Source of the DNA: a virus
Lineage: Duplodnaviria; Heunggongvirae; Uroviricota; Caudoviricetes
Reading direction: 5' to 3' (one strand)
Length of the DNA stretch: 64,000 nucleotides
IMG/VR virus record: IMGVR_UViG_3300017792_000001
Coordinates: 104,697-168,696 of that record
Below are positions 1 to 11,000 of this stretch, piece by piece (position 1 is the first letter of the stretch; each line of letters begins with the position of its first letter). A program made the position numbers and the translations under genes. Below the pieces are notes generated by a model. It searched no databases. It saw only the letters and a list, made by a program, of their open reading frames with translations, and had not been told where the DNA came from.

Positions 1-2331
1 AGACAGCGTGAAGGCTTCACTCAAGGTGTTGCTATTCCACGGGCTGCAACGCACGGTGAGCATTTCACAGTCGCGAGTCACGTTTACCCGAGTGAATGCA
101 CCGTTCCAGTTACCGCTGCCGCCAGTGTTGATCACACCGAGAACAGTGACTGGGGTATCGTTGCGCATCAAGGTGAGTGTGAAGTCACCAGCCCCATAAC
201 CGTCCATGCCGCGACGTTGACGTGTTGCAACGATTGCATAGTTGTCCGCACCAACGCGAGCGAAGGCAGCCAGCATACCAACCATGTCATCGTCGGCGTC
301 CACAGAACTCAACGTGGCTTCAAACACGTAGGCGTTGAATGCAGTAGGCGAGATAAACGAAATCAGGTGCGCAGAGTTGGTCGTTGCACTGATCTTGCCA
401 CCGGCTTGCTGCCATGCCAATGCTTCACTGCCTGCAGGAATCTGCGACGGGCTTGAGTAGAACTCAGCACCAGCAGCACGCATCCAGCTATCGAACACGA
501 CTTGGCCTGTAGGTGGTGCAGCAGGTGTCACAAAGTTCGTGTTGTAGAACTTTGGAAACCCACCATCGAACGCAGCACGTCCGAAGTTTGGACCGTCAAC
601 GACTGCAATGAACGGGTTGTTGAATTCATCGACTGCAAGGATGCGGCCTTTGGTCAACAACGGGTTAGCAGTACCACCGCCAGTGCTGTAGTCCACCGAC
701 ACAGGCAGAGAACTTGGTGGCTGATTCGTGATCGTCCAGCAGAGTTGTGGGCTTTCACCAGCAGCACCTTCTTGAACCATCGGGCTGTCGATGTTGATCA
801 CGGAATCTTCTTCGCCTGGGCAAGTGTGCAGGAATGACCACGAGGTCTTGCCTGAACCTGTCACACGAATGTGGCAGCTACGCCCACGAGCAGGGTCATA
901 CCCGAAGTACAGCCAGTGATCACCAGTAACAGGTCCGCCAGTCGTTGCGACTAAGGTACCGTTCTGGAACACGTCGAGCTTGTCCGGAATCTCGTACATC
1001 TGGTAGCGCACGCCAACCTTGCCGGCTTTCTCACCGAAGTCAACGTAGGTGTCAGTCACACCAGCACCGCCGGAGGTCACTGCGCTACCGTCAGCACATG
1101 GACGTGGATCGTCTTCTGAACCTTTCTCACCAGGGCAGGTGATCATGTATACCCAAGAGGTGCCTGGGTCACGCGCTGTCACGCGCACACGGATGTTGTT
1201 GTCGCCACCCGGTACGTGGTTGATCTTCAAGTGCCCTTCACCAGCGATGTACCCGCCGGTAGATTGCAGCAGCTTGCCTTGGTTGTTGTAGACATCCATC
1301 CGGTCAGGCTGATTCCACATCTGGTAGTGAATGTCAGCAATGCCAGCCTTCGCCCCCAAGTTGTGGAAGAACTCGTAAACGCCTTGACCGCCGTTCTTCG
1401 GTTCGTATGTGCCGTGACATGGACGTGGATCAGTCAGCGTACCGTCTGCATCGTCATCGCCAACGCACTTGAGCTGGAATGTCCAACGAGTGTTGGTAGC
1501 GGTCGAACGCACACGCACGAAAACGATGCTGTCATTGTCAACTGGCGCATAGACGAACTGCAACGTGCCTGTACCGCTGCGCTTACCGCTGGTTGTTGCA
1601 ACCAACTTGCCGCGATAGTACACGTCGAATGACGCAGCACCTGGATTAGCAGACCACGGCAGAGAAACCTTGCCGCTTACCTTACCCAAGTCGAGATAGA
1701 ATTCGCTGATGCCTGCACCCAGACCAATAACAGAGTCAGGGCAAACGAATGGGCAATTGAACGAGCCAGCACCGTAGGTACCGCAGTTCATATCGTCACG
1801 AACAATCAGCGGCGTCTTCGGTTCGCAGGTGTTCAGACCTGGGCGATAGTAGCAGCTACCATTCCAACCGGCGCCATCACCATCACTGTCTGGCAGATCG
1901 TAACCGTCAGGGTACGGACCGCCGGGAACCCAGCCAGTACCACCTTGACCAGAGCCGAGGTCTCCATTTCCGTAGAGCGGACTGTTGCTGTCGTTCGGTC
2001 CAGATCCTGAACCTCCAGAACCTCCACCGCTGCCGCCACCTGAACCATCGCCAGGTTGCGGATTGCCAGAGGTATCACCGTTCGGCTTGCCAGAACCGTT
2101 GGAGCCAGTGCCGTCCTTCGTGCCGCCGTACTCGTCTTCTTCGCAGTTGTCTGTCTCGGAGATACAGTCAATGCTCAACCAATAGTTCTCAGCACCATGC
2201 CGCGCATTAATTCCCTGTTTCGGAGTGAAGCGCTCCCAGCCCGTGTTCGAGGCGTTGCGCACGTACCACTCCGATTGGCAGATGTCGATCCATTTTGTGT
2301 TCGCTGTGTTTCTTACGCGTAGGCGACTCAT
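1..2331 (-). CDS. Large tail fibre/adhesin-like virion protein; C-terminus runs off the window
   Basis: Translated by hand because it is absent from the ORF track. ATG at 2331 (MSRLRVRNTANTKW) and 777 open codons to position 1. Contains a Gly/Ser linker, three ~100-aa Cys-bounded beta repeats, a Calx-beta-like start and a beta-rich lectin-like region. Confidence 0.8.
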   Translation of the reverse strand, partial: MSRLRVRNTANTKWIDICQSEWYVRNASNTGWERFTPKQGINARHGAENYWLSIDCISETDNCEEDEYGGTKDGTGSNGSGKPNGDTSGNPQPGDGSGGGSGGGSGGSGSGPNDSNSPLYGNGDLGSGQGGTGWVPGGPYPDGYDLPDSDGDGAGWNGSCYYRPGLNTCEPKTPLIVRDDMNCGTYGAGSFNCPFVCPDSVIGLGAGISEFYLDLGKVSGKVSLPWSANPGAASFDVYYRGKLVATTSGKRSGTGTLQFVYAPVDNDSIVFVRVRSTATNTRWTFQLKCVGDDDADGTLTDPRPCHGTYEPKNGGQGVYEFFHNLGAKAGIADIHYQMWNQPDRMDVYNNQGKLLQSTGGYIAGEGHLKINHVPGGDNNIRVRVTARDPGTSWVYMITCPGEKGSEDDPRPCADGSAVTSGGAGVTDTYVDFGEKAGKVGVRYQMYEIPDKLDVFQNGTLVATTGGPVTGDHWLYFGYDPARGRSCHIRVTGSGKTSWSFLHTCPGEEDSVINIDSPMVQEGAAGESPQLCWTITNQPPSSLPVSVDYSTGGGTANPLLTKGRILAVDEFNNPFIAVVDGPNFGRAAFDGGFPKFYNTNFVTPAAPPTGQVVFDSWMRAAGAEFYSSPSQIPAGSEALAWQQAGGKISATTNSAHLISFISPTAFNAYVFEATLSSVDADDDMVGMLAAFARVGADNYAIVATRQRRGMDGYGAGDFTLTLMRNDTPVTVLGVINTGGSGNWNGAFTRVNVTRDCEMLTVRCSPWNSNTLSEAFTLS

Positions 2332-2346
2332 GCGTGTGCCCCTTAG

Positions 2347-2868
2347 TTACGGCTTAATCCACAGGGCGCCGGCGATGATGTGGACAGGCGATGTGTTTAC
2401 TGGATCCTCAGTTTGAATCCAGATCTGCACTGTGCCGTCTTTACCATCGGGACCGGTAGGACCTGTTGCACCCTTCGGTCCGGTTGAACCCTGCAGCCCC
2501 TGTTCACCACGCGGACCTTGACGACCCGGCGGGCCAGCAGGACCTTGGCAACCAGTGGAGCCTTGATCACCGTCGATACCATTCAGGCCATCACGACCAT
2601 CACGACCGGCAGCACCTTGCGGACCAGCAGGACCAACACCGATTTCACCCTGGGTCATGAACCCTTGAAGCTCAAGCTGAGCGCCGTTACGCAGTGCAAG
2701 GGTCAACGTGCCAGAGGTAGCGTCAAACGTACCACCGGCAATGCCGTAGTCGTTTTCATCTTCTTGCTGTGGAGTTACCACAACGTTCAAACCGTTGAAG
2801 CGCACATCGCTATTGGGACGACCAACGGCAGCGAGCATCTGCAACGGTACTTTCGTCAAGCCTGTCAT
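2347..2868 (-). CDS. Collagen-like (Gly-X-Y) fibre protein
   Basis: Continuous GXY run ([16 protein letters not shown]...GCQGPAG); N-terminus paralogous to the next gene. Confidence 0.85.
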   Translation of the reverse strand: MTGLTKVPLQMLAAVGRPNSDVRFNGLNVVVTPQQEDENDYGIAGGTFDATSGTLTLALRNGAQLELQGFMTQGEIGVGPAGPQGAAGRDGRDGLNGIDGDQGSTGCQGPAGPPGRQGPRGEQGLQGSTGPKGATGPTGPDGKDGTVQIWIQTEDPVNTSPVHIIAGALWIKP

Positions 2869-2898
2869 AGACTCATACCTTATTGAATGATCCCAGGG

Positions 2899-3591
2899 TT
2901 ACGGCCATGGTGTTCCGATTGGTGGATCTGTTGGTGTTGTACCGCCACCGCCACTCGAAGGTGGAGGAGTAACTGGCACTGTCGCTGCTGGGTTCACCCA
3001 CAACCAACCTGCACCTACGGCACCTGGGTCAGAAGTCGAGACTACGATGTTGACTTTGCCGTCTGGACCTGCTGCACCTGGAGCGCCTTTTGGACCTTGC
3101 TTACCGGTTGGACCTGTTGGCCCGATTGGACCGACGGGGCCGGTAGCACCTCGTTCCCCAGGAGGACCTTTAGGGCCAGGGCAACCACGAACACCCTGCT
3201 CACCCATGCGACCATCGCGACCATCAGGACCTGTAGCACCGGTTGCTCCTTGCGGACCTTGTGGCCCTTCACAACCTTGTTCACCCTTTGCACCGTCTTT
3301 ACCGTCACGTCCGTCAAGCCCATCTTTACCCGGCAATCCCTGAGGGCCGGTAGGGCCAACAGGAATGGAACCGGCAGCTGGGAAGCCGCTGATTTTCACA
3401 GCTTCCCCGTTATACAAGGTGAGCGTCAACTCACCTAGCTGGCGGTCGTAAAACCCACCAGCGATTTCACTCACATCTGATTCCAACGGATCAGTTACAA
3501 CCAGTCGCTCCCCTGTGACGACAATCTCCGTCTGAGAAGCACTACCGGGTGCGAAGATCATTTGGGATGGGATTCTCGTCAACCCTGTCAT
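2899..3591 (-). CDS. Collagen-like fibre protein
   Basis: Start moved to ATG 3591 (MTGLTRIPSQM, matching [11 protein letters not shown] of the paralog); GXY run with GCEG and GCPG. Confidence 0.85.
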   Translation of the reverse strand: MTGLTRIPSQMIFAPGSASQTEIVVTGERLVVTDPLESDVSEIAGGFYDRQLGELTLTLYNGEAVKISGFPAAGSIPVGPTGPQGLPGKDGLDGRDGKDGAKGEQGCEGPQGPQGATGATGPDGRDGRMGEQGVRGCPGPKGPPGERGATGPVGPIGPTGPTGKQGPKGAPGAAGPDGKVNIVVSTSDPGAVGAGWLWVNPAATVPVTPPPSSGGGGTTPTDPPIGTPWP

Positions 3592-3604
3592 ACGAAGCCC
3601 TTCA

Positions 3605-5017
3605 TTATTGGTAATGCTCGACGTTGGAGTTACCGCCCCAGTTTGGATCAATCCGAACTCTTGCGAACTCTGGCGCACCGATACCCGAGGCTTTCGCGTT
3701 CTTCCCTGTGTAGTACAACAACGCACCAGAAGTGGCGTCGTAGATTTTCAAACCACACCAAGTTGGAATGCGAGCAGTGTTATTCAGGAAACGGATACGC
3801 ACACTGGCGCGAGTCTCGGTAGTGAACGTGCCACGAGTTGTACCGCCTGGGTAGTCGGTCTGCGCAATGATGCGGCAGTCGATGAACAGAGACGATGCAA
3901 CGCCTGGAGGTGTGGTCAGTTCAAAGGTATAACTCGCACCTTTGTTCAACGTGCCGCACATCACGAAGCTGTGTGGGATTGCTTTGGTGTTCTGGCGAGC
4001 AAGTGGGAGCATCGACAGACCCAGAGGATTACCCGCTGCGTCATCAATCGTCCATGCAGAGTACCAGACCTTGGTCTGCGAACCACAACTACCGACAGCA
4101 CTACCTGTTGGCCCGTTACACGTACTCACACCAGCACTCGCAGACGGAGTTGGAGCAGGTACTTCAGGTGTCGAAGTTGGTGGAGCAGGCGTTGGAGGTG
4201 GAGCAGGTTGTGGGCAAGTGTTGCCGTCCCATCCGCAGATCGGTGCAGCAGCATCAACACCGTCATCATCAAGACCAACGATTGCTGCAAGCGGATCTTC
4301 CATCGAGCGCATACCAAACAGAACGCCCTTACCAAACGCTGCACCGGTAGCACCAGCATCGCCTTTGGTGTCTTCGTCGCAACTCGGACCAGTCATACCT
4401 CGACTGCCTTCGAAACCGTTGGGGCCTTCACGTCCGACTAGACCACGATCACCGGATGCACCTTCGCAACCATCAGGACCTGGAGGACCGACTTCACCAG
4501 GGTTGGCTTCATTGCCCATTTCCCCAGGAGTGCCGGGCTTACCTTCTGGTCCCTCACAACCTACATCACCGTCTTTACCGTCACGCCCATCACGACCGTC
4601 TTTCCCATCTTTACCGGGAAGACCGCGTGGACCCGTTGGACCCACACCGTAGTCAGACTGGCGAAAGAACCCGAAGATTCGCTCGACTTGCTTATTGCGG
4701 CGAACGAGAACCAACGAGCCAGTTTCAGCATCGAAGGCATACTCGGCAATCAGCTTGTCGTTGTTGTTGACGCGATCCCGATAGTCGAGGGCGTCTTTGT
4801 TGGTGTCACGAAACGCGGACTTGCCTTCTTCGGCGAAGACCTCGAACTGACTGATTAATGGTTCGGTAAGATCAGTACCGGTGATAAGCGCTTGAATGTC
4901 CTTGGAATTCTTGCTCTTAACGTTTGTAATCACCGGTGCGCCAATTGGCACGCGTGTCTGATCTCCTACAATTGCTCGCGCCAGAAGGGGCGAGGTGGAC
5001 ACACCGTTTACGCTCAT
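3605..5017 (-). CDS. Collagen-like fibre protein with Pro-rich linker and C-terminal beta domain
   Basis: GXY run with two GCEG motifs, a PAPPPTPAPP linker and a Cys-containing C-terminal domain. Confidence 0.85.
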   Translation of the reverse strand: MSVNGVSTSPLLARAIVGDQTRVPIGAPVITNVKSKNSKDIQALITGTDLTEPLISQFEVFAEEGKSAFRDTNKDALDYRDRVNNNDKLIAEYAFDAETGSLVLVRRNKQVERIFGFFRQSDYGVGPTGPRGLPGKDGKDGRDGRDGKDGDVGCEGPEGKPGTPGEMGNEANPGEVGPPGPDGCEGASGDRGLVGREGPNGFEGSRGMTGPSCDEDTKGDAGATGAAFGKGVLFGMRSMEDPLAAIVGLDDDGVDAAAPICGWDGNTCPQPAPPPTPAPPTSTPEVPAPTPSASAGVSTCNGPTGSAVGSCGSQTKVWYSAWTIDDAAGNPLGLSMLPLARQNTKAIPHSFVMCGTLNKGASYTFELTTPPGVASSLFIDCRIIAQTDYPGGTTRGTFTTETRASVRIRFLNNTARIPTWCGLKIYDATSGALLYYTGKNAKASGIGAPEFARVRIDPNWGGNSNVEHYQ

Positions 5018-5487
5018 ACGATACCTTGCAAAGTCCGTTCGAAGGCGTCCAGCACAACGTCAACTGCTACAACGTCGGCTGCCGCATTCACTTTGGAGAT
5101 ATACTTGGCTTGCATGTGCAGCAACTCGTTGTGGCGGCGATTCAACACACTCAGGTTCGCGCTGGTTTCAATAGCGGTCAGCATCAAACCTGAGGTGGAG
5201 TCAAAGCAGCCTTGTTCGCAGAGCACTGCACGGGCCAAGTGGTTGAGACGGGATTCGTCTGGTATGTGTTGCTGAATTTCACGACGCATGCTGGCAAGAG
5301 CGAGGTTCTTGTATGAAATAAGCGAAGGCCTGATATGGACGACGCTTCCTTCAACCACGATGTCGATCAGCCCAGGATTCTCTGCGATCAGATTGTACTG
5401 GGCTTCTGCAATCGGCAATGCGCCATCCGGGAGTTGCGAGGCAGTACCATGACTGCCATCGCGATTGACGTAATGGACGTTAGGCAT
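5014..5487 (-). CDS. Small protein, possibly a tail fibre assembly chaperone
   Basis: ATG 5487 overlaps the stop of the upstream fibre gene; position and size are typical of fibre chaperones. Confidence 0.5.
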   Translation of the reverse strand: MPNVHYVNRDGSHGTASQLPDGALPIAEAQYNLIAENPGLIDIVVEGSVVHIRPSLISYKNLALASMRREIQQHIPDESRLNHLARAVLCEQGCFDSTSGLMLTAIETSANLSVLNRRHNELLHMQAKYISKVNAAADVVAVDVVLDAFERTLQGIV

Positions 5488-7798
5488 TTTTCGCGATCTT
5501 CGGTGTGCCAAGAATGATGACGTTCAAGGTGAGCAGCGCACCATATAGAGACACGTTGGCGTTCTGCACTCGCATCTTCACCACCACGTCAATGTAACCG
5601 GCTTGGTGGTTCGCAACGATCACGTCGTAAACTCGCGACATGGAGGCGTTACTGAATGCGCGTTCTACCTTGTCCCCTGCGAGCGACGAGAACCCAGAAA
5701 CGTTGGTACCTGTGATCTGGCGTCCGTACTCTGGCTCTTTGGACTTCGCAGTCCGGAAACCAATGACGTACTCCATAACCTCAAGACCTTCGGTGGTCTG
5801 GAACCCAGGGCCGAGAATCGCAGAGAAGTCAGCGTGCACCGCGATCTGCACATCACTGGTCAAGTTGACCCGGTGCGTGAACAGAATCTCACTGGTGTCG
5901 TTCAAGGTCCGGTAGTCGTTGAACTGGAAGTTTGCACCCGGATCTTCCAGTTGCTCGCTCACAGTCGATTCGATGGTGTAGAACGGGTGCTGCCCAGTGA
6001 TGTTGATACCAGGACCCGCGTTCAAACTCACACCAGGAATCGGCAGCGTGATTGGCTTAGCACCATGACGCAGCAACTTCAACGAACGCCCAGTCAACAC
6101 TGCATCGACGACAACACCAGCCAGGTTCGTGTTCGGGCTACCGTGACTGATTTCGTTGTTGTAGATGATGACCTCAACTTCGAGGCCCTTACGGATCGGA
6201 CCCGAGAGCACGATCTTGTTGTCTACCAACGAGTACAAGTTGCCGTGAACGTGTGCACCAGACTGGCTCAGTTCGACGTACTCAACCGACTGCGGAGTGA
6301 ACGGCAGTTCGATGTAGTAGGTGTCGTCGTTCGTGGTATGCACAGTCGAGGAAATGGTCGTGCTGTAACCTTCCATTTCTTCCATGCGGAACGAACGGAA
6401 CTCAACGTCAACACCAGTAGGGATCGGCGCAACGAAGGTCAACTCACCAGTCGTGTTGTCGTAGGTGTACGTCGTCAACATCTGACGGGTACCGCGAATG
6501 TAAGCCTTGATGTAGTTCGCGTTCTCGACGATCTGGCTAAGCTTGAACTTGGTGGTAACACCGTCGCCAATTGCGAAGTCAACCTTGATGATCGTGCGAG
6601 CACCATTCGACGCTGCACGGGTAAAGGTGCGCAGTTCGATCGGGATGTTCGTGTCGATTGCTTCCACGAATTCCAGTTCGTTTGCACTCAGGTCGAATGC
6701 AGAACGATGCTGCTGGACACCACCGAGACTTGGATGAATGTAGTTGACGTTCTCCAGTTCGATGTCGCCAATCGGGAAGCGAGCGTCTGTGCCATTACCC
6801 GTGTAGTTGATGGTGTTCATCACCAACTTCGAAGGTGGACGATACAGCGATGCAGTAGCACCACTGCCAGACTTCTGCGGGCCCCATACAGGACACGCAC
6901 CGAAACCACGTTGCAGCACCCAGTCAGACGGCACGTTTGCCATCGAAGGTGGATAGCTGCACTGCCCACCGGCACCCCCTAATCCAGCAATACGACGCCA
7001 GATAGCGATGGTGGATTGAGCGTCCAGCCCGGTGATTGGCTTGCCATCTACTTCGGTCAGCTTGTTCGCTTTGAAGCGGAACCGGCGAGTTTTACCTTGC
7101 CCGTTACCCGCAACAACGTGACCGATAACCGACTCGTTCTCATCCAGATCAAGGCCTTCGACAGTGATCACGGACTCGGTAGCTGACTTGGGCTTACCCG
7201 AGAAGATGCGGTTGTGGTCAGCGAACGCCCACTGGAAGTCGCCAGCGCCGTAGCGCATAACGAGAATCGGAGTGGTTGAACCGTCACTGTTCTGCTGGCC
7301 GTCGAGCACAGTCACAGCGTTGAACTGTGACAGGCCTGGAGTCTGCAACTGCCAGAGGAACGGTGTCATCGGAATCGAGGAGTAGTCCCCGATGGTCACG
7401 TTGATCGTGCTCAGGTCGCAGCGACTGGTGATCAGCAAGCAATTGAAGCGGTGGTTCTCACCTGCCAGCAGCATCATTGGCTCAGCGAATACACAACGAC
7501 CCAGAAGGCTGCCGTTGCTCAGGTAGATCGTAATCTCCTTTGCTTCGGTGTCTTCTACGATCTGGTATGCCTGAACCTCAAACACGAACCGGCAAGTGTT
7601 CTTGTTCATTACTTCAACGTGGTGGATGTTGCCAGAGAACAGAGTGTTCCCCAGCAGATCCGTTACGTCTTCTTTCTTCGGAGAAGCAGCGCTGTCACCG
7701 ATCTTGAAGGCAGTAGCATCAACCAGTTGTCCACCGGCTGATGCGTTGTTGATTGCCTGCAAGCCTACATCGGAAAGGATAAGGACTTCGGCAGCCAT
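5480..7798 (-). CDS. Tail fibre/baseplate-attached protein with tail-collar-like N-terminus
   Basis: N-terminus LILSDVGLQAINNA...FKIGD resembles baseplate-binding fibre N-termini; internal G(N/D)G...F.L repeats. Confidence 0.65.
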   Translation of the reverse strand: MAAEVLILSDVGLQAINNASAGGQLVDATAFKIGDSAASPKKEDVTDLLGNTLFSGNIHHVEVMNKNTCRFVFEVQAYQIVEDTEAKEITIYLSNGSLLGRCVFAEPMMLLAGENHRFNCLLITSRCDLSTINVTIGDYSSIPMTPFLWQLQTPGLSQFNAVTVLDGQQNSDGSTTPILVMRYGAGDFQWAFADHNRIFSGKPKSATESVITVEGLDLDENESVIGHVVAGNGQGKTRRFRFKANKLTEVDGKPITGLDAQSTIAIWRRIAGLGGAGGQCSYPPSMANVPSDWVLQRGFGACPVWGPQKSGSGATASLYRPPSKLVMNTINYTGNGTDARFPIGDIELENVNYIHPSLGGVQQHRSAFDLSANELEFVEAIDTNIPIELRTFTRAASNGARTIIKVDFAIGDGVTTKFKLSQIVENANYIKAYIRGTRQMLTTYTYDNTTGELTFVAPIPTGVDVEFRSFRMEEMEGYSTTISSTVHTTNDDTYYIELPFTPQSVEYVELSQSGAHVHGNLYSLVDNKIVLSGPIRKGLEVEVIIYNNEISHGSPNTNLAGVVVDAVLTGRSLKLLRHGAKPITLPIPGVSLNAGPGINITGQHPFYTIESTVSEQLEDPGANFQFNDYRTLNDTSEILFTHRVNLTSDVQIAVHADFSAILGPGFQTTEGLEVMEYVIGFRTAKSKEPEYGRQITGTNVSGFSSLAGDKVERAFSNASMSRVYDVIVANHQAGYIDVVVKMRVQNANVSLYGALLTLNVIILGTPKIAKNA

Positions 7799-7799
7799 T

Positions 7800-8042
7800 T
7801 TAGCTCTCCATCATCGGCGTCGATACACGGCAGGTAGCGCAGTAGTAGACTTGGCCCTGAGGAATGATGCCGAACCCCATGCTACGCGAGCACTTGGGGC
7901 AGACACCTTCCTCGGAGTTGTTCACGGCTGCAGTGGCAAGTTCATGCCCTTTGTCAACGGCTGCCGTGCTTTCTACCTTTGCAGGCTCAGCAAAGATGTT
8001 GATCACTTCGCGGCCTGTGCTCATTTTTACTTTCATGTTCAT
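7800..8042 (-). CDS. Small zinc-ribbon protein
   Basis: AAGGA SD then ATG at 8042; CPKC...CATC motif. Confidence 0.65.
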   Translation of the reverse strand: MNMKVKMSTGREVINIFAEPAKVESTAAVDKGHELATAAVNNSEEGVCPKCSRSMGFGIIPQGQVYYCATCRVSTPMMES

Positions 8043-8046
8043 TTCC

Positions 8047-11000
8047 TTAGAAGCCGAAGGCCACTTCATATGTGAATGTGCCGATACCGTCGAAGTCGGT
8101 GCGATACAGGTACCAGTCCGACGCAGTACCACGACTGTCGATTCGGGTGATTTTGATTGGACCGTAGACTTCACCAACGTCTCCATCATCAGGCCAGCTT
8201 GCACCATCCCACCCACCAACGATGTCAGAGGCAGTGTCAGTGAACTGAGCAATACCAAGCGACGCTGGGTGGCAGAAGTACATATACTTGCCAGACGGAG
8301 CAGTCAACGTGAAGCGCTGGTTCGACGCAAGACTTGGAAGCTTACCAGTGAGATACTGGGCAACCTCTGGGTCGTTACGAATACCGATAGGACCAACACC
8401 ATAAATCGGCACAGCATTCTGCACGACGCTGATTTCTTTTGTTGCGGTCAGTGTCTCGAATCCTTCCGTGTACACCGCTTTCAAGATGAAGGTGAACGAC
8501 GTACCAGCATCAACGACAAGCACTTCGCCTGCACCATTGACTGTCACGCGACCATCGGGTGCCACGATCGACCATTCCTTAGGTTGAACAAGATGACCAG
8601 TACCTGGCGTCTCGCTTTCACCTGTACGGAACAACTCAGCTTGGTACAGCTGGGTTTTGTTCTCGATCATTGTGTCTGGGCCGATAATGTGCAGCGATTT
8701 CAGTTCGTCGCCGTCAACCCCGATGATATTCACCAGCAGAGTATCTGTCACGGTGTGCGTGCCGCATTCGTACACGGCTGTGACGATAACCACGGCGCTC
8801 TTGCCGTTAGTCGACCAGAGGAAACCACCTTGGTCAATCACTGCAACTTCAGGCCCTACGTCAATCGACCATGTCGAGGACACAGCGAGTTCAGCAGGGC
8901 AGTCGTTGAACAGGATCATCTGCGAGTAAGAACCGCGCTGGTTCGCAGCATAGAACGAACTTGGTCCAACAATGCGGTGAGTCTTCGGTACGTCTGGTGA
9001 AGGACGCACACGCGGCAGCACGGTCAATTCGAACTCGGCAATCTCTTTGAAGTAACGGGCAATCGCAATCACCTTCGTCGGCACTTCAACGCCACGACCT
9101 TGCAACACACCAGGACTCACGATGTCGGCCATGGCTTCTGGGTCGTTGAGCGGGTCCGCGCTAGTCACAGACCAGAGCGGGCTCACTGTTTCGATCTTGC
9201 CATCGCTGTACACGGCTGTGCCAGTCAGCACAATCCGTTCTTCTTCGTTCACCGTGTTCGGCCCAGAGATAAGCAGACCTTGGATGATCCGCGTCTTCGG
9301 AACGAGTACGAGTGTCTTGGTCTGGATGAACGTCTTACCAGAGAGCTTGTAGATCGCTTGAATCTCCACGATCCCTTGCTTCGGCTCTGCAAAGCGCAGC
9401 AGACCTTCCTCGTCAATCGTGCACCATTCTGGGTTACCTGTGATAGCCCAGGTCGGTGTGATTTCAACGTCACGCCCGTTCGAGTAGTGAGCGTACGCGG
9501 TGTACTTACCGACGCTGCCCTCTCTCAGGTTATCTGGCCCAAGAACCAACACGTTGTCCAGGGTTACTGGTGTGTTGATCGCAAGGATCTGCTTGATCGC
9601 GTCACGCCCATTCACGCGGGCACGAATCGTCAAGTTGACAGGCGTGATGCCCACCGAACCCACATTCAGGATGCCGTCTTCACTGATCGAGTAGCGGTCA
9701 GTCGTCCAGTCAGCATTCACGTAGCCACTACTACCGTCACTGAATCGCGCAGATACCACAAAGCGGTTCTCAGTCAACTCGGTGACAGTGTTTGGTCCAA
9801 GAATCTCGGTGTGAACGATGCTCAGCACGCGACGTTTGAACTGGACTTGCTTCTCAGCGACCAACATCACTTGCTTGTGCTGGTGCTGCACGGACAAAGT
9901 AAGCGACATCGGTGCTTCGGTCATGCCAGAGGTCAGCGTGCCGTCAGGTGTAATGTGAACGCTGCCGCAACCTGAGTTCCAGACACCGATAACACCGCGA
10001 GTTGTACCATCGCTGTAATGCGCGATAGCCGTGTACTCTTTCACCTCGTTCTCATAGAACTCATTCGGACCTGAGATTTCCAGATCGGTCAAATGCACGT
10101 CAGGATCGACGTAGATGGCAGTAACACGTTTGACAGCTTGCAGCGTGAGTCCGTTCGGCAGCTTGAGACTGGCGCACAATTCAACGGCCCCGTCTCCGTC
10201 AATCTGGTGGATGGTCAGGTTGTTGCCTGTCATCTGCCCGAGGATCGAAGTGCTGATTATTGGGATGTCGATGATTTCGGTGCCACGGGTCGTTGTCGCT
10301 TGAACCGTGTACGTTCCAGTCTCGTTGCTGCGCAGTTCATCCGGACCGAGAATCTCAATGATCCGAATGTAGCTGGTATCGTTCAGCACCTTTAAATTAT
10401 GGCTGGCTGACCGACCTTCGTATTCGGCGTACAGGATGACACTGGTATCGAGGCTGACACCGCTGAATGTAGCGACATCTTCCTTGAAGTTCACCAGGCC
10501 TGTCTTGTTGCTTGTCCATTCCCCACGCACTGGCACGTTCTGGGTGTACGTACCGTCTTCGTTCGCCAGTGTTGCCTGCAAGTCGAAGCTGTGCGTGCTG
10601 CTCTCATAGACCTCGGTAGGGCCAATGATGCTCAACGCGGTAACAGTCATCGGACCAATGCCGACATCATGGTAGTGCGTTGGTTGTTTGATGATGCGAC
10701 CCGAAATGAACAGCTCGGCACCAACGTCGATGTTGAAGTAGAAGCGCTCGACCACGATGTTCCATGGCGCAAACTCGTAGAACGCATCCAGGAATCGGTC
10801 CTTGATCGTCTTGCCACGAGGCAGCAGCAACGAGTAGTCGCTAGCCAGCATCTGCATACCGAGTTCGATGTGCGTGGTCTTGTACCAGTCACCGCCGTCA
10901 ACTTGCAACGTGCCGTATGCCTGTGGGTAGAAGTTCACGTAGTCGTTGGTATACAACCCTGTGCTGTCCACGGAACGACCGAAGATATACGACAGGGTGT

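Noticed and set aside
2460-4650. CRISPR array or non-coding tandem repeats
   Set aside because: The periodicity is the 9-nt Gly-X-Y codon repeat of collagen genes; there is no repeat-spacer structure.
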